Position numbers and translations under genes: made by a program
Part shown: in pieces, positions 28,223 to 40,650 of the stretch
Layout of the letters: every line of letters starts with the position of its first letter
Position numbering within the stretch: the stretch's first letter is position 1
NCBI RefSeq assembly: GCF_009914755.1
Contig: NC_060932.1
Reading direction: 5' to 3' (one strand)
Source: the human T2T-CHM13v2.0 reference genome, Homo sapiens
DNA: 64,000 nucleotides
Notes under the pieces: model-generated
Told to the model about the DNA's origin: nothing
Database searches by the model: none
Seen by the model: the letters and a program-made list of their open reading frames with translations, nothing else

Positions 28223-31200
28223 CCTTGCTTTCAATTCTTTTGGGTACATTTCCAGAAGTGTATTTGCTGAGCCATATGGTAATTTGATTTTTAACTTTTT
28301 GAGAAACTATCATACTGTTTTCCATAGTGGCTACACTACTTTATATTCCAACCAGCAGTGCTCCAATCCAGAAGTGTTCCAATTTATCCAATCCTTACCA
28401 ATATTTGTTATTTTTGGAGTTTTTTTTTGATACAACTTTTTCAGTAGGTGGTGGGTGTGAAGTGCTATCTTGTGGTTTTGAATTTGCTCTCCCTAATGGT
28501 TAGTGGCATTGAGTGTCTTTTCATGTACTTATTGGCCATTTGTATATCTTCTTCGGATAAATTCCTGTTTGTCTTTTGTCTATTTTTAATCAGATTTTTA
28601 TTGTTGCTGCTGTTGAGTTTAGGAGTTTTCTGTATATTCTGGATATTAATCCCTTATCAGACAGGTGACTTGCAAATATTTTCTCTCATTCCATGGTTGT
28701 CTGTTTACTCTGTTGATAGTCATTTTATATACCAATTTAAAATTTTCATGAACTCCAATTTGTCTATTTCTTCTTTTGTTGCTTGGGCCTTCAGTGTCAT
28801 ATCCAAAAAATCATTACCAAATCTAATGTCATGAAGCTTTTCTCCTAAGTTTTCTTCTAAGAGTTTTATAGTTTTAGCTGTTACGTTTCGGTCTTTGATT
28901 TTGAGTTAATTTTTGTATAGAGTGTTGGATAAGAGCCCAACTTCATTCCTTTGCTTTTGACCATCTATTTTTTTTTCCCAGCACCTTTTGCTAATATCCT
29001 TACTAAGTGTTTTTCTGTACTTCATTAATACATAATACTAATATTGTCAGATCTTTATTGCAGCAGGTATACTATTTTTCTAGATAATTTCCTATGGGAG
29101 ATCTTCTATAATGTTAATCTCTGTGATGTCTATAGTCAGAATAGGCTAGGATATACTGTAGTAACAAGCCATACTGTAGTAATAAACATCCCCCCCTCGA
29201 ATCTTAGAGGTTTTTCCTTTTCTTAGCAGTTTATTTCTTACTCAGAGATTTGGCTCTGAGTCTGAGGAACACTCTACATGTTGGCTGGGATTCTAGGCTG
29301 TTTTGATCATATGGACCCTCCCTATCAACACTAATTCCACAATTCCTGGGTCAGGGAAAATAGTGTGATAAGACTACAACACTATTAAATCCTTCTACTT
29401 GGAAGACTTGGCATTTCATTGGCCAGAACAAGTTAGATGGACATGCCCAACTTCAAGTGAGCAGGGAACTACAGTGACCCCTGTGCTCAGAGCAGAGGAG
29501 AACCGGATGTTGGTGAATAACAATAATGCTTTCTACATGTGGCTATAATTATTCCCAATGTACAGATCAAGAAATTAGGGCTCCACAGCTAATTATAAGA
29601 AAGTTCTATTTGGTTTTAAAACCATCTTCTCTCTTTGTTCCCAATAGCTATTGCATTGTAACTGGAAATAGACTATTTTCTCCCTAAAGAACTATCCAAT
29701 TTTCTGCCTGCGCTAGTCTTTGTGATGTTTATGATGATTTAACAATACTGCTTGCTAACTGTAAGCCAACTGATTTTCAGTAAAATAACAAAAATCAGAT
29801 TGTGGTGAATCTTTCTTATGGTTTTTCTGAGTCACTTACTGCTCCTAAGAGCCCACCTGGGGCTGTCAGGAAATACTCAAGGGGCTTTTTTCTTCCTTTG
29901 GCATTCAGGAAGCTCAGCTAGAGGCTTAGGAATTAGAATCCAGGCATGTAGAGGTAGCAAAGGTGACCACTAAATAGAAATAAATCTGCAGTGATGTAAA
30001 TTTTAAAAATAAGCATTAGAGGTACATGACACTCTGCTCATGTTAACCCTCTACACCAGGAGGGGCTTCCTTTCTTTCTTCCAAACCCTAGTACACCTTG
30101 TTTGATCTCTGCTGTAATCCAGAACACATTTTATCTGGCTCTAGAATTCATGCTTATCATGTCTTATTCACCTCTGTATACTGAGTTTCCTCAGACCTCA
30201 TCAACTGATGGGTAGAAATGAGATTACAGTGACAGTAATAACCCCATTTCATAGACTCCTATGACCCAATGTGTTCTATAGATTTCAGCTGCTTAAAAAG
30301 TCCTATTCTCTCACTCAGGGAGTAAAACATTGCTTTTAAATAAAACCTTAAACCAGGCCTTGGGTAGTTCACCCAACATCATTTCACCTCCAGATACAGC
30401 AGTGGGGATAGGTATGTGGGCAGAAGCACAGACTGGGGTGACAAGTGTTGGCCAGTGATAGCCAGTAAGAAGTATGCTGGCTGGGGCTTTGAAAAGCTCT
30501 GGTTTCTCTGACATGAGGAGTAGTCGGGCTCTTGCTTGCCCTTTGTCCTGTCCCTTGATTCCTGCCTGGAATATAGATGTGATGCGTGGAGGTGCAGCAG
30601 CCACCTTTCCACATGAGGGCTGAAGCCAAGGTCAATGACAGCACACCAAGAAGTATGAGAAAGCTTTAGCTCTGCACTGCTTCATTCAGACTTCTAGTTA
30701 CAAGGAAAAAAAAAACCTTCTAACTTGTTAGTCCGGTTTTTTGTGGCTTGCAGCCAACAGCAATCCTAACTTTACAGAATGCCAAAGCACATACCTACAA
30801 AAATACAGAAGAGATTAAATTGCTTTTAAAGGAAAATATCCTCATTTGAGTCAAAATAGTAGATAAGAGGCAGAGACTGGCCAGATTCAGGAGCTGAGGC
30901 AGGATAGACGTCTACAAAAATAGAGACTGCAGTAGCCTACGTTTAAGAACATTCCCCTCTCCCCCAGCACATCAGCACCACTCATATATAATCTGATTTA
31001 TGCAGAGGCAGGGCAGAGGCAGGCACAATGACACAAAAGCCTCATAAAAACTCCTAAATAATTCAACAACTAGGTCATTTGGTGAATGGGCTTTTAGTAA
31101 ATTAGCTTTCAGCAGATTGATTTTCAGCAAAGTGACTTAAAGCCTGTGTTTTCAGCTGGAACCGTTGCCATTTCCCAAGGCTGCCACACTTTCTACAATA

Positions 31201-31502
31201 GCTAAGCACTCCTCTGTGCCAGAGCCAGGCTGGGAACCAGCTAGGGTGACAAGGCCTCTCTCCACACTCACTGTGTGCTCCGGGAGGGCCCCGGGAGAGG
31301 CCTGCTTCATCCCATGGTCCTGAAGAGATTTCAAGTGGAACAGCTCTTTGACATTCCCACGCTCCCTGGAGGATTCAGCATAGTCAATCACTGGGGTTGG
31401 GCACAGAGACAAACCCACGGGGACGCCTGAGCTTTACTCACACCCGGCCTTCCCTGCTGGGGACTGACCCTTTGATACTGGTCAAACTTTTGGTGCCCAC
31501 CC

Positions 31503-31800
<298 letters not shown>

Positions 31801-31893
31801 CCCTCCTTGTTTTTAGAAACACTCCCCAGGTGTGACTACTGCTGCTGATTGGAAGACCATTTTTGAGAGATTCTCCTATACCATGCTGCCTTG

Positions 31894-32271
31894 TGTATGA
31901 TTTAGTAGGACTGCCACAGCAAAATACCACAGACTTGGGGGCTTAAACAACAGATGTATATCCTCACAGCTCTGGAGGCTGAAGTCCAAGATCAAGGTAT
32001 TGTCAGAGTTGGTTTCTCCTGAGGCCTCTCTCCTTAGCTGGTGGATGGTCGTCTTCTGTGTCTTTATACCATCTTCCCTCTATGCGTCTCTGTGACCAAA
32101 TCTCTTTTTATAAGGACAGCAGTCAGACTGGACAGGGCCCACCCTAACAACCCCACTTTAACTTAATTTCCTATTTAAAAGCCCCATCTCCAAATACAGT
32201 CACATCCTCAGGTACATGGGGTTAGGGCTTCAAAGCATGAACCTTTTTGCGGGGGACACAAGCCTATAACA
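31894..32271 (-). mobile_element. MaLR LTR (MLT1A-like)
   Basis: aaataccacagact..ggcttaaacaacag..ctggaggctgaagtccaagatcaagg..ctccaaatacagtcacat..cctataaca. Confidence 0.85.
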
Positions 32272-33149
32272 GGCATAGAGTAGGCCCTCAAAGCAAATTT
32301 TAAATTACTCCAGTGATCTTATCCCAAAATTATCCAAAGTCTGCCTTCTCTGCTTTATATGTATCAAAGCAACTGTCCATTGAAGGTTTGACCTCCCAAG
32401 TGAGTTGTTGACAGGAGCAAACAGACTAGTCATGCTAATGCAAGCATTCTGCTCCATGTGACAGAACTATTTTTCACTGTAAAGTAAATCAAGCAGGATT
32501 CTGGTGTTTGCCTCACTCGGGTGTACATTTTACTCAGCTTGAGACAGTCTGGAAGGTCTCATCACCTGAGCACTGACAATTGTGCATCTCTGGGCTTTCC
32601 AAGGCAAGAATCAGATCCTGGGATATGATGGATGATGGTGGTATCACTGGTGCAGTCTTCCTCGGCACAGGCCCCTCCTCCCTAATTATTCCTATTTTAC
32701 AGATGGTCAGAGAGGTTAGGTAAATTTTACAAAGTCACACAGCTAATAAGTGGTGGCAGAGCCAGAATCCACCCCCGTTCTCTGATGACAAAGCCCAAGA
32801 TTTGTCACTGTCCTGACATTCTTTCTTCTATGAATAGATATGCAAAAACAAGTGGCAACTGACTCTTCAATTCCCTGGTGTTGTCTGTGTCATTCCTTAT
32901 GGGGAAATGCTGCTTTGGAAAAAATGAAGGATAATGGCAAGGGTGACATCCAAGCAGCCTAACTGACAAGATAGTGCTGTGGAACTGTGGTCGAGCTTTA
33001 GCTCAAATCACTCTCATCAGATTGGGGTTCTGGCTCACAGACTCCCAGCATTGGCAGCCATATTTTGGCACTTGATTCAAGCCTGGATCTTTTAAACCAG
33101 GGACTGCAGAAAAGAATGTATCAGGAACAAGCACACAGGAAGGAGGAAG

Positions 33150-33452
33150 GGCCAGGCCCAGTGACTCACACCTGTAATCCCAGAGCTTTGGGAGGCTTAG
33201 GCAGGAGGATCGCTTGAGGCCAGGAAGTTTGAGAGCAGTCTGGGCAGCACTGCAAGACCCCATCTCTACAAAAAAAAAAAAAAAAATTGCCAGGGGTGGT
33301 GGTGTGAGCACTTGCAGTCCCAGCTCTTTAGGAGGCTGAGGCAGGAGGATTGCTTGAGCCTATGAATTTGAGACTGCAGTGAGCTATGATTGCACCACTG
33401 CACTGTGGCCTGGGCAACTGAGTGAGACTCTATTTAAAAAAAAAAAAAAAAA
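33150..33452 (+). mobile_element. AluJ
   Basis: J-type arms with middle and terminal A tracts. Confidence 0.92.
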
Positions 33453-34059
33453 GAAAAAGGAAGGTCAGGAGTGTGTCCTCCCCAGGGTCAAATCCTACCA
33501 AAGCTGCTTTTTCCACTTCCCCTAGGCCTCCTGTCTCCACCTGTAACACCAGGTTTCTGCCTCTTTCCAAGTTTAGTATTATTTTCCTGCTTTGTATCAC
33601 AACCCCTGCAAGGACTAGAGCATGTGAGCCATAAGGAGAGGCCATGCACAGTGATTAAGAACAAGCCATTAACATCGCAGAACTGGATTTAAATCCAAGT
33701 TCAAACATTTAACCTTCCTTCTGAGATAGAAAGATGGGGGTAATAGCCCCAAACTTATAGGTGAACCATGAAGAATGTGATAATAAAGTTAAATTCTTGG
33801 CATACAGTGAGTGCTCAATAAAGGATATTAAAACCTAGACCTGTGGCTTGGGTATGGCATGATAATCTTCTGGAAACTGACAGCTATTTTCAGAAGCTTA
33901 AGACACATAGTTTCCTCTCTCCCTTCCTCTTTTATGGTTGTAAGACATCAGTAGGCAGTGTTTGAGTTCCAGCTTAGCTACGATTTGGCCATATGACCTT
34001 GTACAAATGACTCACATGTTAAGGATTCAGTTTCTTTATCTGAAATATAGTGGTAACAC

Positions 34060-36337
34060 TTCAGTGATCCCACACAGCACAACCGCACTCCTCTGCCCCC
34101 CTACCCCTGGCTGTATGTGGGACCAGGTGCTGCAGAGCAGGAGGTGGCGCCTGTCGGGGAGGGGGATGGGGGGTGTGTGTAGGGGCAGGAGATGGCGCCC
34201 CTCGGGCATGGCAGGCGGCAGGACCTGAGCCCTGCCCCACAGGGAGGCAGCTGCTAGCCAGCTATGGGAACGGAACAGCGCCGCCGCAGCCTCAGCCCCT
34301 CGCGAAGCGCCGGGCAGCTAGGGAACATGGCCCTGGAGGGGCTCTGCTCGGCCCTCAAAGATGGACAAAATGTTGGAATCAAGCACATTCCTGCAATCCA
34401 GTATGACATTTGGATTCAAACCAGCAATGAGGTCATTTTGCTTCACCAAATTATCCTGTCTCATATCCACCAAACAAGGAGCGTATCTACATTTTGGAAG
34501 CTGCTCCACGTGAAAGAATCGAGCTTCGATGAACATTATTATATAGAGCCATCATTTGAGTGTTGGTTTGATCCCTTGGAAGTTCCAGATGGGCCATTTG
34601 GTTTCTCTCCCCTTATAGATTATTACTGCGGCATGAAAAACCCTCCATTAATCAGATCAACAAGGAGATTCATGTGGATTAAGTTTAGTTCTGATGAAAA
34701 GAACTAATATTCATTTATTTCAGATCCAGACTTTACTTACCTAGGAGATTGTGGGTTTCAGCTCTTGGGAGCCGATGGAATAGTGCACTCTAGTCAGGTA
34801 CAACAAGAAGAGAAAACAAAACCTGGCCAAGCCATTGATTGCATCTGGACCATGAAAGCCACTCCAAAAGCTAGGATTTGAGGTTCCTAGATTATCCAAT
34901 GGAGCACTCAAATGAATCCAAGAGAGACATTGTTGCAGTCTACGATGAAAGCAGTTCTATTGAAAACCTGAAGGCCAAGTTTCGCAGCACTGTGGCCAAT
35001 GATGGAATGCTTAAAACAGGAATAGGCGTGATACAAATGTGGGCAGATGAAGGTAGTCGGCTTAGCTCAAATTCTCTTTACTTCCTTTGTTGAGCATAAC
35101 ACATACTGTTTATCCACCCACCCATCAAAAGGCATTTTGTCTGTTCCCACCTTCTGGCTATTGTGCGTAATGCTGCTGTGAACTTTGGTGTGCAAGTAAC
35201 TGAATTCCTGCTTTCCATTCTTTGGAGTATATAGCTAAAAGTAAAATTGCTGGATCATCAGCTCCCTGCACAGGCAGCACTGTCTTTTGCCATAGCAACA
35301 TGTGCATCAATAATCCTTTAGTCTGTAATGGTGTCCAAAATTGTGTATACCCTTGGGATGAAAATCATTGTAAAGAAAAGAGAAAAGGCAGGACTATTTG
35401 AACAAATCACTGAAACTCATGGGACAGTTATTGGCATTACTTCAGAGATTGTCTTGGTCTTTCTCATTATTTCTGTTTTAGTACAAGTGAAACAGCCTCA
35501 AGAAAAAGTCATGGCTTGCAAAACTGCTTTTCATAAAACCGGGTTCCAAGAAATGTTTGATCCTCCTTATTATGAACTGTTTTCGCTAAGGGACAAAGAC
35601 ATTTCTGCAGATCTGACAGACTTGTCAGAAGAACTGAACAACCACTAGAAGACGCGGCACTCCTCCACCACCTCCCAGTGCATCCATGACCACCACTGTG
35701 GGTCGCTGACCTCCAGCGTCAAACAAAGCAGGACCAACCTCAGTTCCACGGAGCTTCCTTTCCAAAATGACTTTGCACAACCACAGCCAATGAAAACATT
35801 TAATAGCACCTTCAAGAAAAGTAGTTACACTTTCAAACAGGGACACAAGTGCGCTGAACAGCCCCTAGAAGATCAAGTAATGGAGGAGATTCCTTGTGAA
35901 ATTTATGTCAGGGGGAGAGAAGATTCTGCATAAGCATTCATATCCATTGAATTCTAATCTTCTGCTAAAGGTGATGTGAATTCTTAAGTGTGTACATATG
36001 CAGCCTCCAGGGTACCATACTGTTTCCAGCAGCCAACCCTTTTCTCCCGCCACAACTATGAAGACCTTAATTCACCATTAACCTATTATATGGTGATGTT
36101 TTTATTCTCTCAGGCAGTCTATGTATGTTAAACCAATCAAGGAACTTACTGTATTCAGTGGAAACAATAATCATCATCTATTGCTTGGTGTCATAAAGCA
36201 CCACCAGTTAAAGAGCATTGGAAGAGGTGGTTGGATGGAGCCAGGCTTGGGCTGCCTATTAGTTTTAGCAAGGGGAATACTGCTCTTAACGATACAGCTC
36301 TGTCAATATTCTGATCCCACAATAAACTTTAAAAAAA
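34060..36337 (+). pseudogene. NETO2: Processed pseudogene of neuropilin and tolloid-like 2 (CUB-CUB-LDLa-TM kainate receptor auxiliary subunit)
   Basis: GC-rich 5'UTR and ATG at 34327 ([11 protein letters not shown]). Intronless peptides [71 protein letters not shown], ending at TAA 35955-35957, with frameshifts and stops. AATAAA 36321 plus A tract. Degenerate TSD atatagtggtaacac (34045-34059) / acacagtagtaacac (36339-36353) splitting a MIR. Confidence 0.95.
35096..35261 (-). mobile_element. 166-bp antisense L1M 3'UTR fragment inside the NETO2 retrocopy
   Basis: gtttatcc..ggctattgtg..taatgctgctgtgaac..ttctttggagtatata..aattgctggatca resembles the other antisense L1M segments in this window (21090-21180, 28230-28280). 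Confidence 0.85.
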
Positions 36338-39300
36338 GACACAGTAGTAACACCTATTATTTAATAGGCCACATTCCCTGATGAGTGTATTAATGCATTA
36401 TATAATTTAATCTTCCTAACCCTGTGAGAAAGGCATTTTCCTCAATTTAGATGAGAGGTTTAGTAGCTGTCCAAGGTTACTCTGCTAGTGACTCACTGGG
36501 TCAGAATTTGAAGCCTGAACAGCCAGGCTTCACAGCTGATGCTCTTTTGCCTGCATCAGCCTCCTGCCCATGGCTGTCCCTCCCATAGGTCTTTGGTGTG
36601 AGCATAGAGATTATGGCTGTGAAACTGCTTTCTGTGTTGCAGAGAGACAGAACAAATTCCAGTCATTGTGTGATCTAATATGCTGGCTCCATATCTAACC
36701 TCCCTTTGGGGCCCATCTCTTAAGCCACAAGAACCCCAGTGAAAGGAATCAGTAGAGAAACCCATTGCTCTGTCACTGAACAGCTTCCCCCTCTAGATCT
36801 GTGATGGTTGTCTTGGGAACCAAGCAAATTCCTTGCTCTCTGCTCTGAGTATGGGCCGGCTGGTACGGCTGCCAGAGATGGGCTTCTGCTGGTTTCTCAG
36901 GTGCTGTTGGCCTTGGTGGTTTAGAACGCTTGAAGATTGGGCAGGAATCAAGAGATGTGGGGTAGTTTAAAAAAATAAATAAATAAAAAATAAAACTCAT
37001 AGAAATTTGGGTAGAGACCAAAACCAGTCAGGAAGACCATCCAACTCAACCTTGACTCTGAAGTTCCCAGGCAGAGAAGGAGACAGGATAGAACGTGGGA
37101 AAATCAGAACGAGGAAGAAGAGACAAAGTGAAGATGGGAGTCAGAACGCAGTAAAACTCCTATTCAGAAAGTATCAGTGCCAGGCTCTTAGAGGAGGGTG
37201 GGGACCTTGGGCATAGGCAGAAGGAGCTGCCAAGACACTAAATTCACCCAGATGGGCAGGCTCGATTCGTCATTGCTGTTTGTACCACCCCCTGAGGGAA
37301 GGGACCTCAGGACGGTCAGTTTTGATGGGAAGCATGGTTAGGGCTTGAAGAGTTCCTCAAGGGCTGGTGCCGGGTGTCTAGATAAAGTGTGGGAAAAGGG
37401 AGGATGGTGGAGCTACAGAGGCAAAAGCGAGCAGAGGGAAGATAGTACACTAGCACACCTGCTCCATGACTGCCAAAGCTGGTTCCAGTGAGAGGCCTCA
37501 TCTTTGTTTGACCTTGATTCAGCCTTCACTGAGCCAGAGCCACCAACTCAAGTCATACCCTGCCCTTAGGAAATCCACCAGCTTGTTGCAAGAATCACAA
37601 GCCATTACTACCCAAATTCACTGATTTTCTAATCAGTCTCCCCAGCAAATAAAAATTTCTCTCATATGTTTCAATTCACAATATACAAAGCATTCAGCTC
37701 ATGTCTGATAATACTACAATGAGCTATATTACACTAGAACTCAACCTAGCATCCACATCAAAAACCCTTAGTTTTCTCATTGCTTTAAAGGGATCTGCGC
37801 ATCAAGGCACTTGCATGTTGGAGATGGGACGACAAATACCCATTCCCCTTGCCTCCAGGTTGTAATCAGCTGGCAACAGGCTTGATGAGCCAAACAGGGA
37901 CCAGAGAATTTATTTTCTCAATATCAGCAAAGACCCTATCATTCTCAAGGTCATGGTTTTCTAGTCAACTGTCTCCCTCTCCTGCCCTGAATGGAAGGTA
38001 GATGGACCAGCATAGCAGGACTAACTTATTAACCAATCCACTGCTTTGCCTTTTTGCTTTAGGTGCTGCTGAGGCAGGCAGGGAATGGTGAGCTCAGGAG
38101 ACTCACTGTGCCTGGGCACAGACCCAACAGGAAGCAAGAGCCCTGAGAAGAATGAGCAGTGACCTTAGCACATTAGCCTTGTTCAACAGAGCAACATGGC
38201 CGCCAAGTGCCAGCCTCCCACCAGCTCTCCAGGACCGAATCAGTCTTGCTTTCTGCTGATGCGGTGGGAGGAGGAGTTAGAGGTAAACTTGCCATCCCAG
38301 TTTGCCTAGAACTGAGGTGTTCCCAAGGTGTAGAGTTTTTCATGCTAAAACCAGAAAGTCCCTAGCAAATCAGGATGCACTGTTCACCACCTTCCTTAAG
38401 CCTTGGCAATGTGTCCCTCCAAAGAGAGGACAGGGTATAAAGAGAAGAAAAGAAAGACTTCTCCCTAATGTGGCTTTAGTAGCCACCCTAGGCTGATGAG
38501 AACTGGGATAATTAGCGGATTGTGTATGGGTGTGGGGATGAAATTTTAGATGTAAATACAATACCACCTTAATATTACTGCTGTTCGCGTGGTAGAACTA
38601 CAGGTGATTTTTACATTCTTTATGCTCTTCTGTTTTTTCCAAACTTTCTGCAATAAACATCTGTAGCATGGTAATCAGAAAAAAAGATCTCAGCTGTTTT
38701 CAAACAATAGTAATAAAAAGAGAAGACCAGTCATTTAAATAATAAAAACCATTTTTAAAATGTGATCCTTTGATCACTTTCTCCTGTACCCCAGATGGGG
38801 GTGAGAGGCAAAGTTATATTTATTAACCAGTGTAGAACAACTAGTAAGGAAAATGAAAAACGGATTCCAAATTTACCCTGTGTAGCCTTTGGATACCCAG
38901 TGGTAGCATCGCAATTTTCCAGAAGTAACTATTTCACTACTCTCTCCTTCTTTATCATAATCAACAGTGACTATTTAATCTTGATTCACCCCAAACCCAC
39001 ACTACATTATCCTTTTCCTCTCCAGGTACTTTCATCGAATTGTAATTGTGATTTAATGTTATGCCCTTGATTTAAATAGCGTTACTTTTTGAGCAAGCAT
39101 GGCTGAAAATACAATTTTCTCTATTGTATTCAGACCCCTTTCAAGGAATTAATGTTGGAGACTGAGATGACAAATTCTTTATTCCCCTTGCCTCCAGGTT
39201 GTTACCAGTTGGTAATGACACAAGGGGCCAAGCAGGGACCAGATAATTCATTCTCTCCATAGCAGCAAGGACCTTATCACTCTCATGGTGATGGTTTTCT

Positions 39301-40583
39301 AGTAAACTCTCTCCTTCCCCTGCCCTGAATGGAAGGTAGATGAATTTGCTCCATTACCTGCCTAAGTGAGGAGAAAATCTAAAGAGACAGACTCTTGGTC
39401 CAGATTCAGCACCTTCCTGAATGTATACTTTTAAACATTCCCAAGATTCAGCTTCTTTGTCCCAAAGGCGGAACTGGGTGACACTTTTTATCCAAGTTTC
39501 AGAGTGCCCCTGGGAGGCTCAGTCAAAAACAGTGAGCATAGAAGCGCTCTGCATGCTATAGGATGCTATACAAAGATTTTAAAGTATTTATCAAGGGACT
39601 GATCATTTTGCCTTAGGTGCCAGGAAACAGAAACCAAATCAACCAGAAAATAAGAACACTTATTCATTCGTCCCTGCATCCAAAACGCATTTCTTTGTCA
39701 GATGAGTAAGACAATCTAACCTCGGACTGAGCCCAAGGCACAGTACACAGTGATGCTGCAGGCTTCCAGACCATCTTCCACCCACTCCTCTTAGTTCCGG
39801 GCTCTGGGTCCCTATGAGACAACTCTGATCACCACTGTGTTTGAAAAGCAAAGCTTCAAACCACTTCTCCACTGCTAACTGATAGAAAGTCACATTTTTT
39901 CTTCACTTTTACCCAAAGGGAAAAATAAACACTTCAAAAATGACAAAAGTCCTTCAGGCAGAAAACTGGACTCAGAGCTAGAAAAGCCAGACAGTAAATA
40001 CCTGAACTAGCTGGCAGGAAAGATCTCTAAAGAGTTTCTTCAGGGCATCTCCCAGAAAGAATGAAAATAAACCTTTTGAAAACCAAGCAAGTAGGTCTCA
40101 CGCCCTTTATATACATTTATTGTAAACTTTCTTTCAACCTCTGGCTTGGTGCAAAGAAATCATTAAACACACAGACACACGCTCAGCCAGAGAAGCCTCC
40201 ACTTCTAGAGTACTGGGGCTGAGGGAAGATGAGGATGACTCACTTCCCCACAGACCAAGTCTGTTTCCCAAGTAAGCGACATCCCATATAATGTAGGTGG
40301 CTGCTGGAAAGCCATCTGGATCCCCAAATAACGCCTCTTATCTCAGCCCCTCCTTGTCCCACTCCAACCTACCTTACGAATGTCTGAAACTCAACCCCCT
40401 TGTGATTTCACTCGTTTAGGTTAAGATATATCCCTGTTATGCCACCCACTCCAGGTGTTGGCAAAAGTGAGCAGAATTTGGCAAGCCAAGTTCCAGGCAT
40501 TTGCAGGAGCAAAGGAGTTAGTAGTGAGTCATTGAGAATGGAAAAGTCCTCCCTTAGATGTCTGTGGAGAGCATGCTGCAGCC

Positions 40584-40650
40584 TAGTGGTTCTCAAACTT
40601 CAGCATGCCTCAGGATCTCCTAGAAGGCTTGTTAAAACACAGACTTGGCT
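40584..40650. mobile_element. MER5A-like hAT DNA transposon fragment
   Basis: agtggttctcaaacttcagcatgc..ggcttgttaaaacacaga. Confidence 0.65.

Larger units (their letters stand above)
20560..28990 (-). mobile_element. Old L1M(B)-like 3' fragment split by an Alu monomer, MSTA and L1PA (pieces ~20560-21190 and ~28223-28990)
   Basis: L1M 3'UTR text continues across the nest: ..aatatctcctccaga|..ctttcaattcttttgggta. Confidence 0.75.
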
